DNA of 64,000 nucleotides, from IMG/VR virus record IMGVR_UViG_2930438282_000003, positions 1-64,000 of that record; one strand, written 5' to 3'. A program made the position numbers and the translations under genes. The notes below the pieces were generated by a model. That model saw only the letters and a list, made by a program, of their open reading frames with translations. It did no database searches and was not told where the DNA came from. The DNA is from a virus (Duplodnaviria > Caudoviricetes). Of the stretch, positions 58,701 through 64,000 are shown one piece after another (positions within the stretch are counted from its first letter, which is position 1; every line of letters starts with the position of its first letter).

Positions 58701-61403
58701 GTTGAGATCGAGGTCCGTGACGTCGGCGGGATCAACAACGTCGTAGGCCGCCTCGACATCCTGCTCCCGCACACCACCCAGTTCATGCGCCGGCAGACCG
58801 TGGACTGCGACACCGGCGACGTCATCGCCACGCACGACAGCACCCTCGACGGGCAGCCGTACACGGTCACGGGTGACGTCGGGCAGTGCGAGCCTGTCGC
58901 CGAGTGCTGCGAGCAGCCACCGCCGGAGGCCCGCGTCGATGTCGAGACCGGTCTCCTGTGCCTGGTCGACGACGCCAGCGGTGACGTCCTCGGCCGCGTC
59001 CTGGCCGAGCGGGTCTATGACGACCAGGCAGGCGACCGCATCGAGCAACGGCTTGTCGACCCGGTCACTGGCGATCCGGTCACCGTCCCGGCCGGGGCGA
59101 GCCTCACCGTGTGTCCGGCACCAGAGCACGAGCCGTGTGGGGACACCGAACTCGCCGAGCTGTGCGACCTGACCTACGACCCGCAGGCCCCGATTCCTAC
59201 CCCAGCGGGCGACTTCACCCTGACCGGGAACGTGGTCGCCGCCAATGACGGCACAACCCTGTGGTTCGCGCAGGCCAACCAGGAGGCCAACGGTGTAGCT
59301 GAGCTGACCGTCAGCGGGCTGCTCCCCACCGTCCTATACGAGTTCCGGTTCGCGTCCGCGTGGATCGGTGCAGGAGCGCCCACCCCGGCCACCAACAACG
59401 CCATCTACCTGCTGGAGATCCTCGACGGCACGACGGTGCTCGCCACGAGGACCCGGAACACGTCCAACGGGTCGAGCGTGTTCCCGGGCGGGGTGCTGTC
59501 CGAGGACCTGCCGCCGCTGGCGTTCATCGCCCCTGCCACTGGCGCGGTCACGATCCGGTTCACCGACCAGACGACCGGCGGGCCGATCAACGACCGTGAC
59601 CTGTTCCTGATGCCGTTTGAGGTGCGCACGGCGGTGCTGACCCTCAACAGCACACCGTTCCTGCGGCGCTTCACCTTCGACTGCAACGGCGGCCTCACCT
59701 CGACCCAGGACCTCGCATTGGACGGCACCACGCCGTACGAGGTGCAGGGCGAGGCAGGCACTTGCGCAGGAGACGGCAGCAGCGGCGTGGCTGCGCCCGG
59801 CCCGGACACGGAGGTCGTGCAGCTCTGCGACGTCGCCACGGACGGCACGAGCACCCCGTTCCTTCGGGCCCTCACGTGGCAGCCAGGCGCAGACACCCCG
59901 ACCGTCGCAGACACCGCACTCGACGGCGTCACGGCCTACACGCCGGCCGGGACGGTCGGCCTGTGCCAGGGCGCAGCAGCGGCCGAGGGCCGGGACGTCG
60001 AGATCACGCCCATGTGCGTGATCGACGACAACAGCGGCGGCGTGATCCAACGGATCCTTGCCGAGGTCACCTACGACACCGCCACCGGCGCCCGACTCGG
60101 CGTCAACTACGTGGACCCCACCACCTGGGGGCCGGTCGCGTTGCCCGGCGGCACGCACCTGGACCTGTGCCCCTCGGAGCAGCCGACGCCGGAGCCGTGC
60201 CGCAACTCCAGCACGCTCCTGCTGTGCGACCTGCCCACCGACGGCACCCCAACGGCGACCGTCACGGACACCAGCCCCACGCCCTACTACCCGTACGCCA
60301 CCGGCTCCCCGGTGGCTGGCGCCCAGGCGCTGTGGGACGGCGGCACGCTGGACCTGCCGCCCGGCACCGGTCCGCAGCCGGGCACCACCGGCAGTGTCAA
60401 CAGCCTGGCCGCCACCATCGCGGCGCCGCGCCCGGCCTGTGACACCGGCATCGCCCACGTCACCGTCTCGCTCACGGTGCAGCAGACCGGCCCGGACGAC
60501 GGGTGCGGCCCCACCGGCCATCTGCGCCTGTTCAACGGCACCACACAGGCGGCGCTGACCGTGCTGCCGGCCAACACCCCGAACGGGTACTTCGGCACCC
60601 TCACGGTGGAGGCGGACATCCCGGCCGCCGACCTGGCCGCCGGGAACGTCGCCGTGGCGCTCGCCCTGGATGCCTACGACGACAGCCCGGCATCGTGCAC
60701 GCCGAGCCCCCGTCACACCGGCTGGCAGCTCTCCGCGTTCACCATCACCGCGGCGTACGACCAGGCTGGATGCGCGGCCCAGGTCCTCGCGAACGTGGTC
60801 ACGGACTGCGAGAGCAGACAGGTCGAGTCGGTCACGTACACGACGCTGGACGGGGCGCCCTACACGCCGACCGGCGAGATCGGCCAGTGCCAGAGCGCAG
60901 GCGGCGGCTCATGCTGCCCCGAACAAACCTGCCCGGCACAGAACATCATCGAGACGTGCAGGTGCGACGACACCGACGGCGACGGCATTCCCGACACCGG
61001 GTATGTGGAGCTGCTCGCCGTCGACTGTCAGGGCACGCTCACAAGCCTCGGCACCTACACCGACGGGCTCACCCACCCGTATACGCCCGTCTCGCCAGTC
61101 GCCTGCGATACCGGGGACGAGGGCGCCGACCCGGCCACCGGAGCTCAGGCCCACCGCCTCGAGCTCGCCGCCGGCCAGTCCTGGGACCTGTCCACCTACG
61201 TCCTCGTCCAGTCGGTCACCGCCGTCGCCCACGGAGGCGCGGGAACGGTGTCCACAGCCGACGGACAAAGCACCCTGCACACCAGCGAGGCGGCCACCTG
61301 GAGCCTGGCCCGCGATGTCGACGCCGCCGTGACCGGGCCACTCATCATCACCGCTGACACCGGCACAGTCACGATCACTTGGACCCAAGGAGTCACGCTG
61401 TAA
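55773..61403 (+). CDS. Large Cys/Thr-rich modular repeat protein (putative structural/fibre or surface protein)
   Basis: 1876 aa; recurring LCD...FLR...LDG.PY.P.G.VG.C units; no signal peptide seen. Confidence 0.85.
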   Translation: MAVEPIPCKDGGGGTPVDVTTCCSPSIASAPLCRADGTGVLLVVRSGCVECGQAAEDPAVVGWIDPASGAFTAGPAPADAGPCEAGCVDTVCRQLCDDTDGDGQADATYSELWCIRADGSAELVLTYQDDPSTPYTPTAPVACTYGCPESETVTLCDANGPFLRRYSFLNGTATYEDVALDGQTPHVVTGTVGVCPAAPECEAQTTPAATLGLCLADGTPIAVVVTRDCDGATTQDGWLNLTTGAYSAGEPPAGTMACGNPRSISTTGTFCDIDPSGGVLGLVLIEYTYGADGAVAAVRLVDATTGQTYTPQGEVTTCPADVEQPERDLVQLCDTAADGTVTAFVRDYARDENGAITGHTDYLLDGTAYTPTGSVGICQSETCGACETLLLCDVDAASPSTLAGTAASGTLANGVTWTSTGPSAFPPGTQGDGAAWWGPALFPNPNVPLTTFTFDQPVTAEFSVVMVYSTGTGAGENTVQLPAGAVPLSLPPGYTYNRATGILRADATLTGCTTLNTPTRAASARFRVTGVSSFALKYLGTRTLLVDCRRFGNWVFGAVDVSIGGQFLRTVCRDCTGAVTSTTDTLLDAATPYAPVGTVGQCQPAQASGDTEVVQLCDLQYSPAPPIPTPSSSFTLTGSVQLLGAALVFSGGNQAVTGVATRSVSGLAPTASYDLLFDAGWNGVGAPPGAVDAIYRVEVLDGTTVLATRDRNLTNGSTSAGHEGMAAQDPLSFVAPASGTVTVRFTDLTTGGGINRDLYINTHTVQTSTLQLTAVPFLRLLTFPADGGAPTVTDTGLDGTTPYTPAGTVGVCPSPAEESQEPVPCRDTSSTLLRDTATTDLITVFDPANRASSDGWEVVSFTGANPGSGPQAAMPYPAPYGTPFGYPALGARADQSAGTGSGGPWSTYDAAPVRWVLRKTFNAPEDGVAVAQSVGFRGDGGARVRINGIDAGMYGQWNQPATSGTAQIPVTAGPNTVEIEVRDVGGINNVVGRLDILLPHTTQFMRRQTVDCDTGDVIATHDSTLDGQPYTVTGDVGQCEPVAECCEQPPPEARVDVETGLLCLVDDASGDVLGRVLAERVYDDQAGDRIEQRLVDPVTGDPVTVPAGASLTVCPAPEHEPCGDTELAELCDLTYDPQAPIPTPAGDFTLTGNVVAANDGTTLWFAQANQEANGVAELTVSGLLPTVLYEFRFASAWIGAGAPTPATNNAIYLLEILDGTTVLATRTRNTSNGSSVFPGGVLSEDLPPLAFIAPATGAVTIRFTDQTTGGPINDRDLFLMPFEVRTAVLTLNSTPFLRRFTFDCNGGLTSTQDLALDGTTPYEVQGEAGTCAGDGSSGVAAPGPDTEVVQLCDVATDGTSTPFLRALTWQPGADTPTVADTALDGVTAYTPAGTVGLCQGAAAAEGRDVEITPMCVIDDNSGGVIQRILAEVTYDTATGARLGVNYVDPTTWGPVALPGGTHLDLCPSEQPTPEPCRNSSTLLLCDLPTDGTPTATVTDTSPTPYYPYATGSPVAGAQALWDGGTLDLPPGTGPQPGTTGSVNSLAATIAAPRPACDTGIAHVTVSLTVQQTGPDDGCGPTGHLRLFNGTTQAALTVLPANTPNGYFGTLTVEADIPAADLAAGNVAVALALDAYDDSPASCTPSPRHTGWQLSAFTITAAYDQAGCAAQVLANVVTDCESRQVESVTYTTLDGAPYTPTGEIGQCQSAGGGSCCPEQTCPAQNIIETCRCDDTDGDGIPDTGYVELLAVDCQGTLTSLGTYTDGLTHPYTPVSPVACDTGDEGADPATGAQAHRLELAAGQSWDLSTYVLVQSVTAVAHGGAGTVSTADGQSTLHTSEAATWSLARDVDAAVTGPLIITADTGTVTITWTQGVTL

Positions 61404-64000
61404 TGTCCGGTTGCTGCGGGCAGGGGCCCGTCATCGTTTCCGGGGCTGCCGCCACGCCCCGACTGGATGCAGAGGGCACGCTCCTCTGCGATGTGTTGTC
61501 AGACGGCACGGTGGCCGGGGTCGCGCTGGTTGAGGCCCTGTACGACACGGGGAGCGGCGAGCGTGTCGGCACGCGCACCGTGGATCCGGTCACCGGGGCC
61601 GCGTACACGGCCACGGGCACGTTGCAGCCCTGCTCGACGTCTTCGGACTGCGAGTCCCCGACCACCCCGCTTACCTCGGTCGGGCTGTGCCTGGCCGACG
61701 GCACCCCGATCGCCGTCACGGTCATCCGGGACTGCAGCGGTGCGGTGACGTCCGAGGGCTGGATCAACCTCAGCACCGGGGCATGGTCGACCGGTGCCCC
61801 GCCGGCCGGCACCGTGGGTGCCTGCCAGCCGACGCCCCAGCCGGACCGGGAAGTCGTCTGCTACCGCTCGCCAACGGCGTTCGGCGCGTGCACCAACGTG
61901 CAGATCACCGACCTGCCGCAGCCAAAGTTCGCATCCGCGTCCGTCGTCGCGAACCCGCAGAACTGGCCGGTCAATCAGGCCAACCTCGCCAGCACAATCA
62001 ACGGCAACGTGTCCGGGGCTGGCGGCCCGAACGCGCCCGAGGGGGTGATCAACTGCGACGCTTTCCAAGGGGACACGGGTGTCGTCATTGACTACCTGCT
62101 CGCGGCGCCTCGGGACAACGTCACGGCCGTCCGGTTGTGGAACTGCTTCGGCAGCGTCGTCACCGACAACGACGGCATCGGGTCTGCCACCGTCACCCTG
62201 TACGACGAGGCCGGTGCGGTCCTGTTCACGGGCCCCCTGGTTGCATGCCAGTACGTCACCAGCAGTGCGTACGCCACACCATGCGTCACCCCGGTCGGGA
62301 ACCTCGACGGTGTGGCACGTATGCGGCTGGAGAACCTGGCGAAGTTCCCGCCGTCCGTGGGGACGGTGGCGCCCGATGTCGGCTGGCGTGAGATCGACCT
62401 GTTCTCCACCTACGAGGCGACCCTGACCGTGGACTGCGGCGGCGCCCCAGTGTCCGCACTCGTCGAGGGCAAACAGCCCGGCCTCACGTACGCCGACGGC
62501 AAGCTGACCCAGGTCAACGGGCCGCACACGCTGACGTTCACGGTGCCGGGCGGCGGCACTGGCCGGATCATCACCGACAACCCAGCGGCTTTCTCCGCGC
62601 TCGACTTCGCGGACGGGTCGGTCATCACCGTGACCGGGGACGGCGCGGTCGACTTCGCCACCGAGATCGTCTCGGGCGCGGCGACGAAAAGCGGTTACGT
62701 CACGTGGGACCCGGTTAACGGCGAACCCACAGTGCGTGACGCGAACAGCGGTGAGACCATCGCGGATGCCGAGGTCGTGCCATGCGCATCGACCTGCTGC
62801 ACCGGCAGCAGCCCGGACGGGGTCACACAGCCAGAGCAGGACGTGATCCAGCTCTGCGACACCGCCACAGACGGCACCGTGACCTCCTTCGTACGGGACT
62901 ACGCCCGTGACGAGTCCGGGGCCATCGTCGGTCACAGTGACTACGACCTGGACGGCACGGCCTACACCCCAGCCGGAACCGTCGGCATCTGCGGCGGGGA
63001 CTGCTGCGAGCCCGTCCAAGTCTGCGTCCAGGCCACCGCCACGGAGACGATCGAGTTCATCTCCAACGAGGCGCAGGTCGATGACGACAGCATCGACACG
63101 GTATGGACGTGGACCAACGACGGCGACGCCAGCGGTCCTGCCGCGGCGGCGACCTGGTACCAGATGTACCGGGCCCGCTACGGGTTCAACCCGGCCGCCT
63201 GGTCGGTGGTCGACTCCGCGCCGACCCGTAAGGCCGGCTGGATCTCCCCCCATCCCAACGGCGCCACGACCAGCACCGGAGCACCTGGCGAGGGCCCCAC
63301 GCTGAGCGGCACGCCCGCCAACCCGATGCGCTGGTGGGCGAAGGCGGCGTTCAGCCTGCCCGCCGCGGCAGACCCGGACTCGATCCGCGTACAGATCACC
63401 GTCCTCAACGCCGACCAGATCGCCTCCAGGTTCCGGCTCAACAGCGGCGCGTGGACGGCCCTCCCGGGCTCGGCCACCTACAACGGCACCCCGTACACGT
63501 TCGGTCCGGGCATCGTCGCCGGGGCACAACCGGGAACCAACACCCTGATCTTCGAGGTGCTGGAGACCGTCGACGACAACCCGGGCAACGGTGCCGGGGT
63601 GATGGCGCACTTCATCGTCACTTACGACGTGCCCGGCCTCGGGCAGCGGTCATGGACCCGGATGATGTGCTGTGACGGGTCGATCTACTACATCGACGAG
63701 TTCGGGGAGCGGCGGGACGAACTACCGCTGTCGTCGGCGGTCGTGCCCTGCGGCAGCGCTGCGGAGCCGTTGACGCTGTGCGACGACAATGGCGCCTTCC
63801 TGCGCCACGTGTCCTACGTCGGGGACCAGGTCCTCACCATGGACACCGACCTGAACGGGTCGGCGTACGAGGCGACAGGCCGTGTCGGCAACTGTGCGAC
63901 GGACGGCAGTAGCGCTCGCGGGCCCGTCGACACCGGCATCCGCTCCGTCACCGGCACGACAGTCGAGGACCTCACCGCGGAGTTCCCGGACTTGCAGAGC
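61403..64000 (+). CDS. Second Cys-rich modular repeat protein (partial, runs off the window)
   Basis: TAATG overlap, MSGCCGQGP start, frame appears open to the window end; shares modules with the preceding gene. Confidence 0.85.
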   Translation, partial: MSGCCGQGPVIVSGAAATPRLDAEGTLLCDVLSDGTVAGVALVEALYDTGSGERVGTRTVDPVTGAAYTATGTLQPCSTSSDCESPTTPLTSVGLCLADGTPIAVTVIRDCSGAVTSEGWINLSTGAWSTGAPPAGTVGACQPTPQPDREVVCYRSPTAFGACTNVQITDLPQPKFASASVVANPQNWPVNQANLASTINGNVSGAGGPNAPEGVINCDAFQGDTGVVIDYLLAAPRDNVTAVRLWNCFGSVVTDNDGIGSATVTLYDEAGAVLFTGPLVACQYVTSSAYATPCVTPVGNLDGVARMRLENLAKFPPSVGTVAPDVGWREIDLFSTYEATLTVDCGGAPVSALVEGKQPGLTYADGKLTQVNGPHTLTFTVPGGGTGRIITDNPAAFSALDFADGSVITVTGDGAVDFATEIVSGAATKSGYVTWDPVNGEPTVRDANSGETIADAEVVPCASTCCTGSSPDGVTQPEQDVIQLCDTATDGTVTSFVRDYARDESGAIVGHSDYDLDGTAYTPAGTVGICGGDCCEPVQVCVQATATETIEFISNEAQVDDDSIDTVWTWTNDGDASGPAAAATWYQMYRARYGFNPAAWSVVDSAPTRKAGWISPHPNGATTSTGAPGEGPTLSGTPANPMRWWAKAAFSLPAAADPDSIRVQITVLNADQIASRFRLNSGAWTALPGSATYNGTPYTFGPGIVAGAQPGTNTLIFEVLETVDDNPGNGAGVMAHFIVTYDVPGLGQRSWTRMMCCDGSIYYIDEFGERRDELPLSSAVVPCGSAAEPLTLCDDNGAFLRHVSYVGDQVLTMDTDLNGSAYEATGRVGNCATDGSSARGPVDTGIRSVTGTTVEDLTAEFPDLQS

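Noticed and set aside
15354-63610. Many long antisense or alternate-frame ORFs (e.g. 15354-17447, 23004-24680, 39919-41856, 45052-47172, 55857-58061, 61499-63610)
   Set aside because: Shadow ORFs expected in high-GC DNA opposite well-supported genes; no motifs

Overview
High-GC, Streptomyces-like mobile DNA, most likely part of a large plasmid or phage-plasmid. No rRNA, CRISPR array, integrase or housekeeping genes were seen. 0.8-18.8 kb: a co-oriented plasmid early/backbone gene array (Zn-finger/SWIM proteins, ParB, N6-type MTase, DUF488-like, intein-containing C5 DNA MTase, ComM-N-domain protein). It is punctuated by five copies of an ~88-bp conserved hairpin element and interrupted by a lower-GC island (IS701 with a passenger gene; EACC1 plus a caspase-EccC fusion). 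20.0-24.7 kb: a non-canonical tRNA-Gly-like gene followed by a tightly coupled operon of a degenerate Dam-like/GNAT fusion, a ParB-like protein, TerS and TerL. This is the best candidate for an undescribed system (aminoacyl-tRNA-dependent, packaging-linked DNA modification). 26.8-45.9 kb: a ~1-kb diverged direct duplication (DUF1360-like gene plus portal 5' end) brackets a cargo of an IS4 with a lipoprotein passenger, a secreted pseudo-SGNH protein and a secreted Rhs-Hint toxin with immunity gene. 45.1-64 kb: an actinophage-like head module (portal, MuF/2H/protease fusion, major capsid, second capsid-like protein) followed by very large Cys-rich modular repeat proteins; no tail genes are seen inside the window. 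All family assignments are from motif recognition by eye, not database searches.
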